NCBI RefSeq assembly: GCF_053078305.1
Contig: NZ_CP166879.1
Length of the DNA stretch: 64,000 bases
Direction: 5' to 3' (one strand)
Position numbers and translations under genes: made by a program. The notes under the pieces were generated by a model that did not search any database, had not been told where the DNA came from, and was given only the letters and a program-made list of their open reading frames with translations. How positions within the stretch are numbered: the stretch's first letter is position 1; every line of letters starts with the position of its first letter. Below, in pieces: positions 1 through 10,162 of this stretch.

Positions 1-73
1 GGCAAACACTGGCAGCAAAAGAAGTGTTCGACTGCCAGACGGACTTTAATATTCACCTCTGGCAGCGTTCTTA

Positions 74-640
74 TTAACCGTGGAAGTGCGTCCAGAGGAT
101 CTGGACGCCGATGCCGATCAGCACCAGCCCGCCGAGAATTTCCGCTTTTTTCCCAATAATTGAGCCGATAAAGCGACCAACCATCATCCCTAATGTCGAC
201 ATAATCAAGGTTGCACAACCAATGGCCAATGCGGTCGCGATAATGTTGACCTGAAGGAAAGCAAGACCAACACCCACAGCCATGGCATCCAGGCTGGTGG
301 CAATCGCGGTGGTTACCAGTAGCCAGAAACCGTGCCGACGGCGCGGCTCTTCATCTTCATCATCTGCGCCACGAAAACCCTCAATAATCATTCGCCCGCC
401 GAGGAATATCAGCAGCACAAACGCAATCCAGTGATTCCATTCAAGGACAAACCGGCTGGCTAACATGCCCATTCCCCAGCCGATCAGCGGCGTCAGGGTT
501 TCGACGGCACCAAAAATAAGGCCGGTTCGCAATGCTTCAGAAAATTGCGGTTTATGGAGGGTGGCACCTTTACCGATTGATGCAGCAAATGCATCCATCG
601 ACATACCAAACGCAAGAAGAACAGTAGCAGTGATATTCAT
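74..640 (-). CDS. mntP: Manganese efflux pump MntP (188 aa)
   Basis: Multi-TM protein with acidic loop DDEDEE; start taken at internal ATG 638-640 with AGGA Shine-Dalgarno; the six-frame ORF 74..883 is an in-frame read-through of the 5' leader. Confidence 0.9.
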   Translation of the reverse strand: MNITATVLLAFGMSMDAFAASIGKGATLHKPQFSEALRTGLIFGAVETLTPLIGWGMGMLASRFVLEWNHWIAFVLLIFLGGRMIIEGFRGADDEDEEPRRRHGFWLLVTTAIATSLDAMAVGVGLAFLQVNIIATALAIGCATLIMSTLGMMVGRFIGSIIGKKAEILGGLVLIGIGVQILWTHFHG

Positions 641-865
641 GACAACGTCCTGACCGGGGTATCCATAAAACACATCATCGCCCCCAGCAAACATGCATAC
701 ATGAACAACAAGCCGCGATGGGTTTTCGCGTTCATGCAGGCATAGCGATTGATGTGCATATGGTCTCGCCTGACTGAAAGTCTTCAGTCCGTACGTGCCA
801 CGTTTTGCAACGAGTATGTTGACACGTACATTTCCGGAATCTGGAAATTGGCTACTCCCCAAATG
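641..865 (-). ncRNA. Long structured mntP 5' leader, consistent with the yybP-ykoY Mn2+ riboswitch
   Basis: About 225 nt untranslated leader directly upstream of mntP start, contains GGGGAGUAGCC-type element; family assignment from established knowledge of mntP leaders, not folded here. Confidence 0.55.
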
Positions 866-1010
866 AGGGCGCAACCTTAACATATTTTGAGAATATAAAA
901 CAACTGTTGGAATATATTATTTTATTGCTTTGTTGATAACGATTTTCATTTAGATTTATATATCAATGAAACGTTAAAATAAATAACAAATAAGGGAAGA
1001 GGTAATATAG

Positions 1011-1063
1011 CCTAAGCTATGTCTGATTATTAAAAATACACTAAACATAGCTTTGGCTAAATT
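1011..1063. promoter_or_regulatory. Candidate MntR operator(s) upstream of mntP
   Basis: AAACATAGCTTTGGCTAAATT at 1043-1063 resembles the MntR box AAACATAGC-N3-GCTATGTTT; inverted partner AGCTATGT at 1015-1022. Confidence 0.45.
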
Positions 1064-1069
1064 AATAAC

Positions 1070-1528
1070 TCATTGAGTTGAAACGAGAAGTTTATAAATT
1101 CTTTCCAGATCGTCGATATTTCGAACGCGGATTAACAGCCGACGCTGTTCTAATTGCATCACCAACACGCCATCTTCCGACAAGTTCATCGCTTTGATTC
1201 GGCTATATTCAATCCAGACATTGGCGAAGAAAAAACCTTTTTGTTTAAAGATGATCTTCGGAACGCGGATCCAGAATATATAAAAACCCATCAGAGCCAG
1301 TGCGCTTAATAACCATGTCGTTATTAACGCACCATGATTCGTGACGTTGTTATAGATAAGAATGACAATCAATCCGACGAAGATAACGCTATCGATGCGA
1401 CCACGCCGGAGCAAAGGAATTGCCAGCAGGGTGGGGCCGTTACGGCGGGGCATGATGAACTGATCGTAGATCGCGAAGGCCAGGAGTGCGGCGATGAAAA
1501 GAATCAGTACCAGGTCCGTGATTGTCAT
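1070..1528 (-). CDS. yobD: UPF0266 inner-membrane protein YobD (152 aa)
   Basis: Full ORF, hydrophobic TM segments, GGAGGA Shine-Dalgarno upstream of ATG; conserved position between mntP and manZ. Confidence 0.85.
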
Positions 1529-1540
1529 TAATCCTCCAGA

Positions 1541-1567
1541 TAAAAAAACGGGGCCAAAAGGCCCCGG
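1541..1567 (-). terminator. Intrinsic terminator downstream of manZ
   Basis: Minus-strand hairpin CGGGGCC-TTTTG-GCCCCG followed by T7 run. Confidence 0.8.
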
Positions 1568-1582
1568 TAGTGTACAACAGTC

Positions 1583-2443
1583 TTACAGTCCCAGCAGGCC
1601 GCAAGCGTAACCAGCGATACCGATGACGAAGAAGCCAACGATGATCCACAGCGGGTTAACTTTTTTGCGCAGTAGCCACATACAAGCAAAGGTCAGCAGC
1701 AGTGGTACCAGGCCTGGCATTAACTGGTCCAGAATAGTCTGGACAGTAGTAACGTGTTCTTTGCCCGTCTGGTCAGTAATGCGAGAGACAACCAGCGGGA
1801 TGTTGACATGTGTCCACTTGTTAACCAATGCCCCCATGACAAACAGGCCGAGGATAGACGCCCCTTCCGTCAGTTTTTGCAGGAAGCCACCACCCATATC
1901 TTTAACGATATCGATACCTTTGGAGTAACCATACGCTACGCCGTAGTAACGGGTTGCCAGACGCACCAGGTTAAACAGGATGAAGAACAGCAGCGGACCT
2001 AACAGGCTGCCGCTCATCGCGATACCGGCACCCAGTGCTGCAAATACCGGACGTACGGTTCCCCAGAAGATCGGGTCGCCTACACCAGCCAGCGGCCCCA
2101 TCAAACCGACTTTGATACCGTTGATAGCACCGTCATCGATCTCTGCGCCATTAGCACGCTGTTCTTCCAGCGCCAGGGTTACGCCGAGAATCGGCGCAGC
2201 CACGAACGGCTGGGTGTTAAAGAACTCCAGGTGACGGCGAATAGCTTGTTTACGAGCTTCGTTGTTCTCAGGGTAGAGGCGACGAATTGCCGGTACCATA
2301 GAGAAGCAGAAACCCAGTGCCTGCATACGTTCGAAGTTCCATGAACCCTGGAAGAGGTTAGAACGCAGGAAGACGCCACGAATATCACTTTGAGTGAGTT
2401 TTTTCTCGGTGGTAGTTTGAGTTGTATCAACCATTTCGCTCAC
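1583..2443 (-). CDS. manZ: PTS mannose transporter subunit IID (ManZ)
   Basis: 286-aa ORF, recognisable ManZ sequence; alternative ATG 9 nt downstream (MVDTT) possible. Confidence 0.92.
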   Translation of the reverse strand: MSEMVDTTQTTTEKKLTQSDIRGVFLRSNLFQGSWNFERMQALGFCFSMVPAIRRLYPENNEARKQAIRRHLEFFNTQPFVAAPILGVTLALEEQRANGAEIDDGAINGIKVGLMGPLAGVGDPIFWGTVRPVFAALGAGIAMSGSLLGPLLFFILFNLVRLATRYYGVAYGYSKGIDIVKDMGGGFLQKLTEGASILGLFVMGALVNKWTHVNIPLVVSRITDQTGKEHVTTVQTILDQLMPGLVPLLLTFACMWLLRKKVNPLWIIVGFFVIGIAGYACGLLGL

Positions 2444-2446
2444 CTG

Positions 2447-3247
2447 TTAGTCCAGTTCGTTATCGAGATCGTTGTTACCAGCTGCCTGAGCAGGCGCACC
2501 GGCTACGCGGTTGTATTTCGGGCTAAGTTGGATGTAGAGCACTGCCATAACAGTACCAATCACACCCAGAGCAACCAGGTTAAAGTTGGTGAATGCTGCG
2601 GTTACGAAGCCGAGGTAGAAGAACGGCATCAGGTAGCCAGCACGCATCATGTTGATAACCATCGCATAACCAACCACCACGATCATGCCACCGGCGATAT
2701 TCAGACCATTGGTCACCACTTCCGGAATCGCATTCAGCATGTTCTGTACTTCGCTGGTACCTACAGACAGCGCAACGATGACGGCCGGAATAGCCACACG
2801 CATTGCTTGCAGGAACAGAGAAGAAACGTGGATCCAGGAAATCGCTGTCAGGTTGCCGTTATCAGCAGCCTTATCCGCAGCGTGCTGGAAAGCAACGGTA
2901 ATAGTACGAACGATGATGGTCAGTACCTGGCCCGCAGCGGCCAGAGGGATTGCCAGTGCAATACCTGCACCAATGCTCTGATGACCTGCGATAACCAGAA
3001 TGGTAGAAATGATAGATGCCAGAGCGGCGTCAGGCGCAACTGCAGCACCGATGTTCATCCAGCCCAGCGCGATCATTTCCAGCGTACCACCGATAATAAT
3101 ACCGGTTTTCATATCCCCAAGAACGATACCCACCAGGGTACACGCGATTAGCGGACGGTGAAACTGAAATTCATCGAGGATTGATCCCATACCTGCGATA
3201 CAGGCTACGATAAATACCAGCACAATTTGAAGAGTGGTAATCTCCAT
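2447..3247 (-). CDS. manY: PTS mannose transporter subunit IIC (ManY)
   Basis: 266-aa polytopic membrane protein, 3 nt after manZ start, operon arrangement. Confidence 0.95.
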   Translation of the reverse strand: MEITTLQIVLVFIVACIAGMGSILDEFQFHRPLIACTLVGIVLGDMKTGIIIGGTLEMIALGWMNIGAAVAPDAALASIISTILVIAGHQSIGAGIALAIPLAAAGQVLTIIVRTITVAFQHAADKAADNGNLTAISWIHVSSLFLQAMRVAIPAVIVALSVGTSEVQNMLNAIPEVVTNGLNIAGGMIVVVGYAMVINMMRAGYLMPFFYLGFVTAAFTNFNLVALGVIGTVMAVLYIQLSPKYNRVAGAPAQAAGNNDLDNELD

Positions 3248-3309
3248 TGTACTTCTCCTGTTTACGTAAGACTAAAGTGTGAAAACTGAGTGATAATCAA
3301 CACAATACG

Positions 3310-4281
3310 TTACTTATCGATTTTGCTGATCAGATCCATCATTTTCAGTTTCGGATCGGTGGAAACCTTACGGACTTCCAGCTCAATACCGCGTGCATTC
3401 AGTTTTTTGAACGCCTCGATATCTTTTTCATCAACCGAAACCGCGTTATTCACCTGGGTTTTACCCTGACGGAATGCCATACCACCGACGTTAACAGAGG
3501 TGATTTTCACGCCGCCTTCAACGAGACGCTCTACATCTGTTGGGTTGGTAAATAACAGCATTACACGTTCGCCAGCATATTTCGGGTTGTTGTAGACGCG
3601 AATCATTTTGGCAACATCAACTACGTGTGCTGTTACGCCCGGAGGTGCAACCTGGGTGAGCAGTGTCTTACGAACGGTATCCGCAGCCACTTCATCACTA
3701 ACAACAATAATACGGGAGACATTGGTTTCTTTGGTCCAGCGGGTGGCGACCTGACCGTGAATCAGACGGTCGTCGATACGCGCAAGGCCAATAACCATGT
3801 AGTCGTTTGGCCCCATTGGTTTTGCCGGAGTTGGAGCCGATTTTGGTGCTGCGGCAGCGGGTGCTGGCGCGGCTTTTTCAACCGGTTTGGCTTTCAGTGC
3901 TTTCACGCCTTCACGGCCTGTTTCTACTGCCAGCGCAACCAGTTCATCAAAGCTTGGGTCATCATCACGAGCCATTAACGTTTCCACGAGCATTGGAATG
4001 TTAACGCCTGCAATGACTTCATAATGCTCTTTGTCGACGACAATGCGGCTGGCAGCATTGAACGGGCTGCCTCCCCATGTATCAACGAGAAACAGCACGC
4101 CTTTAGTGGTGTCGAGTTTTGCCAACTGAGCGTTGTACTTTTCAATCAGCGTTTCGGCATTTTCACCTGGAACGAAATCGATCCAGCCGACGTTTTCCTG
4201 CTCGCCTAACAGCATTTCTGCCGTTTTAAGCAACTGCTCTGCAGCCCAACCATGTGTGCCTATAACAATAGCAATGGTCAC
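3310..4281 (-). CDS. manX: PTS mannose transporter subunit IIAB (ManX)
   Basis: 323-aa two-domain protein with Ala/Pro-rich linker KAAPAPAAAAPKSAPTPAKP. Confidence 0.95.
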   Translation of the reverse strand: MTIAIVIGTHGWAAEQLLKTAEMLLGEQENVGWIDFVPGENAETLIEKYNAQLAKLDTTKGVLFLVDTWGGSPFNAASRIVVDKEHYEVIAGVNIPMLVETLMARDDDPSFDELVALAVETGREGVKALKAKPVEKAAPAPAAAAPKSAPTPAKPMGPNDYMVIGLARIDDRLIHGQVATRWTKETNVSRIIVVSDEVAADTVRKTLLTQVAPPGVTAHVVDVAKMIRVYNNPKYAGERVMLLFTNPTDVERLVEGGVKITSVNVGGMAFRQGKTQVNNAVSVDEKDIEAFKKLNARGIELEVRKVSTDPKLKMMDLISKIDK

Positions 4282-4398
4282 TTGCTACCTCCTTTATTAT
4301 CGTTAACACCTCAACGTGCCAGATGTATTTTTGAATCGTCGTCCACAATCGAATCGATTCAGATAAGGGCTACAACCAAAAACCCCTGCGTTTCGCGA

Positions 4399-4446
4399 TT
4401 TATTTTAGATATCGAAAAAATTATTTTATGTGATGAAGATCCGTAA
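4399..4446. promoter_or_regulatory. Candidate Mlc and CRP operators in the manX promoter region
   Basis: TTATTT-N9-AAAAAA (Mlc/NagC-like spacing) at 4400-4420 and TGTGA half-site at about 4428-4445; assignment by established knowledge that manXYZ is Mlc/CRP controlled. Confidence 0.4.
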
Positions 4447-4743
4447 TTTAACTTTCGATTAGCAGAAATTTCGAAAGGTAAAATATCCTTGTCACATTCG
4501 TTTGCAAAGGAAGGTAAATCTTTGCCAAATCAGAGGCGTCTCTGATATGTTTAACTCCCGTTTAACAACCATGGAGTATAGGGCAGTAGCCCGCAGTATG
4601 GATCGTCACCGACGTCATTTCAGCATCAGGCCTTTTAACGCCTGCCTTTCTGGCACTCTATGCCGCACCTTTCGTTTGCATTTTGTCGTTACGCCTGCAT
4701 TATTTCTGGCGTCGAATAGCTATTCCTTAAGCAGGAGCTTGTC

Positions 4744-6300
4744 ATGGAATTCTTAATGGACCCCTCAATTTGGGCGGGGCTACTCACGCTTGTTGTTCTC
4801 GAAATTGTGCTGGGTATCGATAACCTGGTCTTCATCGCCATTCTTGCTGACAAACTGCCGCCAAAACAACGCGATAAAGCGCGTTTGCTGGGGTTATCAC
4901 TGGCGCTGATTATGCGTCTGGGGCTGCTGTCGCTGATTTCATGGATGGTCACGCTGACCAAACCGCTATTTACCGTCATGGATTTCTCCTTCTCCGGACG
5001 CGACCTGATTATGTTGTTCGGGGGGATATTCTTGCTGTTCAAAGCAACAACCGAACTGCATGAACGGCTGGAAAACCGCGATCATGATTCCGGCCACGGT
5101 AAAGGCTACGCCAGTTTCTGGGTAGTCGTCACACAGATTGTCATCCTTGACGCCGTCTTCTCGTTGGATGCGGTAATTACTGCTGTAGGGATGGTTAACC
5201 ATCTGCCGGTGATGATGGCGGCGGTAGTGATTGCGATGGCGGTTATGTTGCTGGCATCCAAACCGCTGACGCGATTTGTTAACCAGCACCCCACGGTGGT
5301 GGTGCTCTGTCTGAGCTTCCTGTTAATGATTGGTCTGAGTCTGGTGGCAGAAGGTTTCGGTTTCCACATTCCGAAAGGTTACCTGTATGCCGCGATTGGC
5401 TTCTCGATCATCATCGAAGTGTTTAACCAGATTGCGCGTCGCAACTTTATTCGTCACCAGTCGACTTTGCCGCTGCGAGCGCGTACTGCCGATGCCATCC
5501 TGCGTTTGATGGGCGGGAAACGTCAGGCCAATGTTCAGCACGATGCCGATAACCCGATGCCGATGCCGATCCCGGAAGGTGCATTTGCCGAAGAAGAACG
5601 TTACATGATTAACGGCGTACTGACGCTGGCGTCGCGTTCTCTGCGCGGGATCATGACGCCGCGCGGTGAAATAAGCTGGGTTGACGCTAATCTCGGGGTC
5701 GATGAAATCCGCGAGCAGCTGCTCTCCTCACCGCACAGCCTGTTCCCGGTATGTCGCGGTGAACTGGATGAAATCATCGGAATCGTACGTGCTAAAGAAC
5801 TGCTGGTGGCGCTGGAAGAGGGCGTTGATGTGGCGGCGATTGCTTCGGCGTCTCCGGCGATTATCGTCCCTGAAACCCTCGATCCGATCAACCTGCTGGG
5901 CGTGCTGCGTCGTGCTCGCGGGAGCTTTGTTATCGTGACCAACGAGTTTGGTGTGGTACAAGGCTTGGTCACGCCGCTGGATGTGCTGGAAGCCATTGCG
6001 GGTGAATTCCCGGACGCTGACGAAACGCCGGAAATCATTACTGATGGTGACGGCTGGCTGGTAAAAGGCGGTACAGATTTGCATGCCTTGCAGCAGGCGC
6101 TTGATGTTGAGCACCTTGCCGATGACGATGATATCGCGACGGTCGCGGGCCTCGTGATCTCGGCAAATGGTCACATTCCCCGTGTGGGCGATGTGATTGA
6201 TGTAGGGCCACTGCATATCACCATCATTGAAGCCAATGATTATCGTGTTGATCTGGTTCGCATTGTTAAAGAGCAACCGGCGCACGATGAAGATGAGTAA
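4744..6300 (+). CDS. yoaE: TerC-family integral membrane protein with C-terminal CBS pair and CorC-type domain (YoaE)
   Basis: 518-aa ORF, N-terminal multi-TM region and C-terminal soluble domain. Confidence 0.9.
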
Positions 6301-6303
6301 GCG

Positions 6304-7902
6304 TTAACGTAACGGCATAATGGGCGTGATATGTCCATTATGCCGGGCGGGCGGCGGTTGGCTGCCCGCCAGCCATTTGGGAAAATCACGTAGCGGCATC
6401 GGCTGTGCGTACAAATACCCTTGCAAAATATGCACGCCATGACGGCGCAAATACTTCGCTTGTTCTTGCGTTTCCACGCCCTCCGCCACCAGTTCAATAT
6501 TCAGTCTTTGCCCCAGCGCGATGATGATATCGGTCACCGTCGAGTTAACCGCGTCAGAACCTATAGCTGCGGTAAATGACTTATCAATTTTCAGCACGTC
6601 AGGACGTAATGTTTCAAGCCAGGAAAATGAACTGTTGCCGGTGCCGAAGTCATCAATCGCCAGTTTGACATTTTTACGATGCAGCTCGCGGGCAATCCGA
6701 TAATCAACATCCAGTAAGGCATCGCGTTCGGTGATTTCGAGGATCAGTTGCTGAATCGGGTGAGCGCTAAACCAGTACTGATTGAGATCTTTTATCAGCA
6801 CACCACGGCGAAAATGGCTGGGTGCGACGTTAATGCCAACATGAAACTGACTACTCATTGGGAAAACATGGCGCTGACGAATGGTTTCTGCCATCACATA
6901 GCGGGTCAGTGGCACAATTAAATGATGTTCTTCCGCGATAGGAATAAACACATCCGGTGAAATCCAGCCCTGACGCGGATTGTTCCAGCGCAGCAAAATC
7001 TCTACACCAATACATTGCTGGCTGCGCGCATTAAGCAAAGGCTGACAGAACAATTCGAACTCATGTTGCGCCAGGCCCAGATTGATTTCGCGGGAAAAGC
7101 TCATCCGGTAAGCGGTCGCCAGCCAGGCGATGTAGCCCACCAGTAAACTTAGCAGCACCGCCAGCGGTAATTGTGTTGGAAGATAGTGCCATGCCAGCGC
7201 CGTAGCCCCCGGACCATTAACGTTAATGGTAAAAGGAAAGCGTTGCGAAGAAACCTGATAGTTTTCATTGTCTTCAGGTTGCGGAAGGGAATCTACCAGC
7301 CCATTACCATAGAGCAAATGCCGTTTGTCCACCGTCAGGCTGGCGCTACTGATTTGCGGCAGTTGTGGCTCAAGGAGCATTGCCGTCAGTAAGTCGATGT
7401 TAATCATCTCCATGACCCCAGCATTGCTACTGCCCGCTGCAGGCGTCCATTGAATCAAAACCGGACTGCCTTTAATCAGGGCACGGTCGATCGTCAGGCG
7501 TAAAAGTGGTTGCGGTGCAGGAAGTTCAGCCAGAATGTCCACGACGGGCACATTGCGATAACCAAAAATGCTGGAGCAATAGAGTGTGCCGTCTTGCACC
7601 AGGCCAATGGATCGCACAGTTTGGAGTTTTGCCGCCTGTTTACGTAATGGCAAATGGGCGACAGAGCAGGGCAGACCAATCAGCGGAAGCAAGACTTCGC
7701 TACCTGCCTGTAGGGGAAGCAGTACTTTATCTAATTCCTCTACAGCATGATTGGCGAATTGTACTACCCGTTGTTGATTTAAGTTACGCTGTGAAATAAA
7801 TCGCACGCTCAGGGTCGAAGCGAGCGTAACGAGTGCGCAAATCGTACAAACAATCATTCGATTACGGCGATAGGTTTTAATGATCCGTTGTGCTTTTTGC
7901 AT
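6304..7902 (-). CDS. pdeD: c-di-GMP phosphodiesterase PdeD (CSS-motif sensor + EAL domain)
   Basis: 532 aa from ATG 7900-7902; EAL signature in GVEILLRW; track ORF is 10 codons longer. Confidence 0.88.
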   Translation of the reverse strand: MQKAQRIIKTYRRNRMIVCTICALVTLASTLSVRFISQRNLNQQRVVQFANHAVEELDKVLLPLQAGSEVLLPLIGLPCSVAHLPLRKQAAKLQTVRSIGLVQDGTLYCSSIFGYRNVPVVDILAELPAPQPLLRLTIDRALIKGSPVLIQWTPAAGSSNAGVMEMINIDLLTAMLLEPQLPQISSASLTVDKRHLLYGNGLVDSLPQPEDNENYQVSSQRFPFTINVNGPGATALAWHYLPTQLPLAVLLSLLVGYIAWLATAYRMSFSREINLGLAQHEFELFCQPLLNARSQQCIGVEILLRWNNPRQGWISPDVFIPIAEEHHLIVPLTRYVMAETIRQRHVFPMSSQFHVGINVAPSHFRRGVLIKDLNQYWFSAHPIQQLILEITERDALLDVDYRIARELHRKNVKLAIDDFGTGNSSFSWLETLRPDVLKIDKSFTAAIGSDAVNSTVTDIIIALGQRLNIELVAEGVETQEQAKYLRRHGVHILQGYLYAQPMPLRDFPKWLAGSQPPPARHNGHITPIMPLR

Positions 7903-8032
7903 GCGGGCCACCCTGTAAGCGTATGGCGACAAACGCCTGACGCAACAGTGGAAGTGTAGTGGGGAATATTACAGCAGACGAGAAAGCGGGGATAAATTCG
8001 CCCATCCGTTGCAGATGGGCGAGTAAGAAGTA

Positions 8033-9397
8033 TTAGTCACACTGGACTTTGATTGCCAGACCACCGCGTGAGGTTTCGCGGTATTTGGCGTTCATGTCCT
8101 TACCGGTTTCGTACATCGTTTCGATGACCTTATCCAGCGAGACGCGCGGTGCACTGGTGCGGCGCAGAGCCATCCGTGCGGCGTTAATCGCCTTCACAGA
8201 TGCAATGGCATTACGCTCAATGCACGGCACCTGAACCTGCCCTGCAACCGGGTCGCAGGTTAAACCAAGGTTGTGTTCCATGCCAATTTCCGCCGCCACG
8301 CAAACCTGTTCCGGGCTACCGCCCAGCAGTTCTGCAAGACCCGCAGCAGCCATTGAACAGGCAACACCCACTTCGCCCTGGCAACCAACTTCCGCACCGG
8401 AAATAGAGGCGTTCATTTTATACAATGCACCAATCGCGCCCGCTGCCATAAAGTAACGGGTATAGATGTCCGGGCTGACCGATTCAATAAAGTGGTCATA
8501 GTAAGCCAGCACTGCCGGAACGATACCGCAGGCACCGTTGGTTGGCGCAGTTACCACACGACCACCGGCGGCGTTTTCTTCGTTAACTGCCAGCGCAAAC
8601 ATGTTTACCCAGTCAATGACATTCATCGGATCGTTAGACAGTTTATCGCTGGAAACCAGCATCCGGCGCAGGGCAGACGCACGACGTGGCACGCGCAGCG
8701 GGCCTGGCAGTACACCTTCGGTGTTCATCCCGCGATCGATACATGCCTGCATGGTTTGCCAGACATGCGCGAAATACTCGTCGATCTCTTTCTTGCTGTG
8801 CAGCGCCAGTTCGTTCTGCATAGCGAGACCAGACAGCGAATAGCCGGTTTCATTACAGTACGCGAGCAGTTCGGTGGCAGATTTGAACGGATACGGCACG
8901 CTCACTTCGTTGGCAGCATCCTGACCAAAGTGTTCTTCATCGACGATAAAACCGCCGCCGATGGAATAATAAGTTTTGCTGTAGACGACTTCATCGCCGT
9001 TATAGGCGTGGATTTGCATACCGTTTTCATGCAGCGGCAGGTTGCCGTTATGAAAACGCATCCCGTTGTCGCGCGGGAAATCCACTTCATGCCGTCCCTG
9101 TGCCAGCAGCAGACGTTCGCGCTCTTCTACGTCGCGAATAAAACCGGGAATACTGTCGATATCCACGGTGGCAGGTTCGTTACCTGCAAGACCCATAATA
9201 ATGGCGATATCGGTGTGGTGGCCTTTACCCGTCAGCGACAGTGAACCATAAACGTCCACGGCAACGCGAGTAATGCTATCCAGTAAGCCTTTTTCGACCA
9301 GATCATCGACGAACTGTTTACCCGCCTTCATAGGCCCTACGGTATGGGAAGATGAGGGACCAATCCCCACCTTAAACATGTCGAATAGACTAATCAC
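8033..9397 (-). CDS. sdaA: L-serine dehydratase 1
   Basis: 454-aa ORF, Fe-S L-serine dehydratase sequence. Confidence 0.95.
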   Translation of the reverse strand: MISLFDMFKVGIGPSSSHTVGPMKAGKQFVDDLVEKGLLDSITRVAVDVYGSLSLTGKGHHTDIAIIMGLAGNEPATVDIDSIPGFIRDVEERERLLLAQGRHEVDFPRDNGMRFHNGNLPLHENGMQIHAYNGDEVVYSKTYYSIGGGFIVDEEHFGQDAANEVSVPYPFKSATELLAYCNETGYSLSGLAMQNELALHSKKEIDEYFAHVWQTMQACIDRGMNTEGVLPGPLRVPRRASALRRMLVSSDKLSNDPMNVIDWVNMFALAVNEENAAGGRVVTAPTNGACGIVPAVLAYYDHFIESVSPDIYTRYFMAAGAIGALYKMNASISGAEVGCQGEVGVACSMAAAGLAELLGGSPEQVCVAAEIGMEHNLGLTCDPVAGQVQVPCIERNAIASVKAINAARMALRRTSAPRVSLDKVIETMYETGKDMNAKYRETSRGGLAIKVQCD

Positions 9398-9580
9398 GAT
9401 AATACTCCTGACAAGGTGACTGGACTTCCAGTAACGAACTAATAACAGCGCATAGTGTAAGAGGGAACGCGGCGACTGGCTTAACTATTCACATGAATTA
9501 AACTAATCAAAAACCGCGATTTAACTAATATTGCGATGATTGCCTCAAGTAGTGTTTTGTAGATGTAAAGATAAGTATAG

Positions 9581-10159
9581 TCAGGGTTTCACACCAATTT
9601 GCAGCGCCAGCTCACGAATTATGCCTGCGGTCATTCCCCATACAAAATACTGTTCGTACCAGGACAGCCATACCCGATGTGAATCGCCACGGCGGTAGAT
9701 ATCTAAAGGGTGATAACGACCCAGATGTAATGCCTGGGCGAGCGGCATTTCAAACACCGCCGAGACTTCATCTTCACTGGCGCGATACGGCAGATCGGGC
9801 GGGATAATGCCGACCACTGGGGTTACCTGATAGCCAGTTACGCTATCGACGGGCGGCAGCACGCCGATAACTTCAACGGCGGAAGGCGGTATAGCGACCT
9901 CTTCTTCAGCTTCGCGCAGCGCGGCGGCGATAACTGATGCGTCCGTGTCATCGACTGCACCTCCAGGGAATGCCACTTGTCCAGCGTGTTTACGCAGATG
10001 AATTGAACGCTGAGTCAGCAACAACCCCGGTTGCGGTCGACGGACGATGGGGATTAACACGGCAGCCTGACGATGATTTAGGGTTTCCCGGTTAATTTGC
10101 GGGCGCAAAAGTTGAAAGCGCGATAAAAAATCATCAAGCGTCAGGCTACGGTATTCCAC
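9581..10159 (-). CDS. nudL: Nudix CoA pyrophosphatase NudL
   Basis: 192-aa ORF, GTG start 3 nt after pabB stop (operon). Confidence 0.9.
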
Positions 10160-10162
10160 GTC

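Noticed and set aside
74-883. 269-aa ORF suggesting a longer MntP
   Set aside because: The upstream 81 codons are an in-frame read through the untranslated leader; the internal ATG at 638-640 has a proper Shine-Dalgarno and gives the expected 188-aa membrane protein.
2390-3151. 253-aa ORF antisense to manY
   Set aside because: Lies entirely within and opposite the well-supported manY gene; His/Arg/Cys-rich composition typical of antisense frames.
4502-4756. 84-aa ORF in the yoaE leader
   Set aside because: Arg/Ser-rich low-complexity translation, no Shine-Dalgarno, overlaps the yoaE start out of frame; treated as a chance ORF in a GC-rich leader.
8492-9244. 250-aa ORF antisense to sdaA
   Set aside because: Embedded opposite sdaA; no independent signals.
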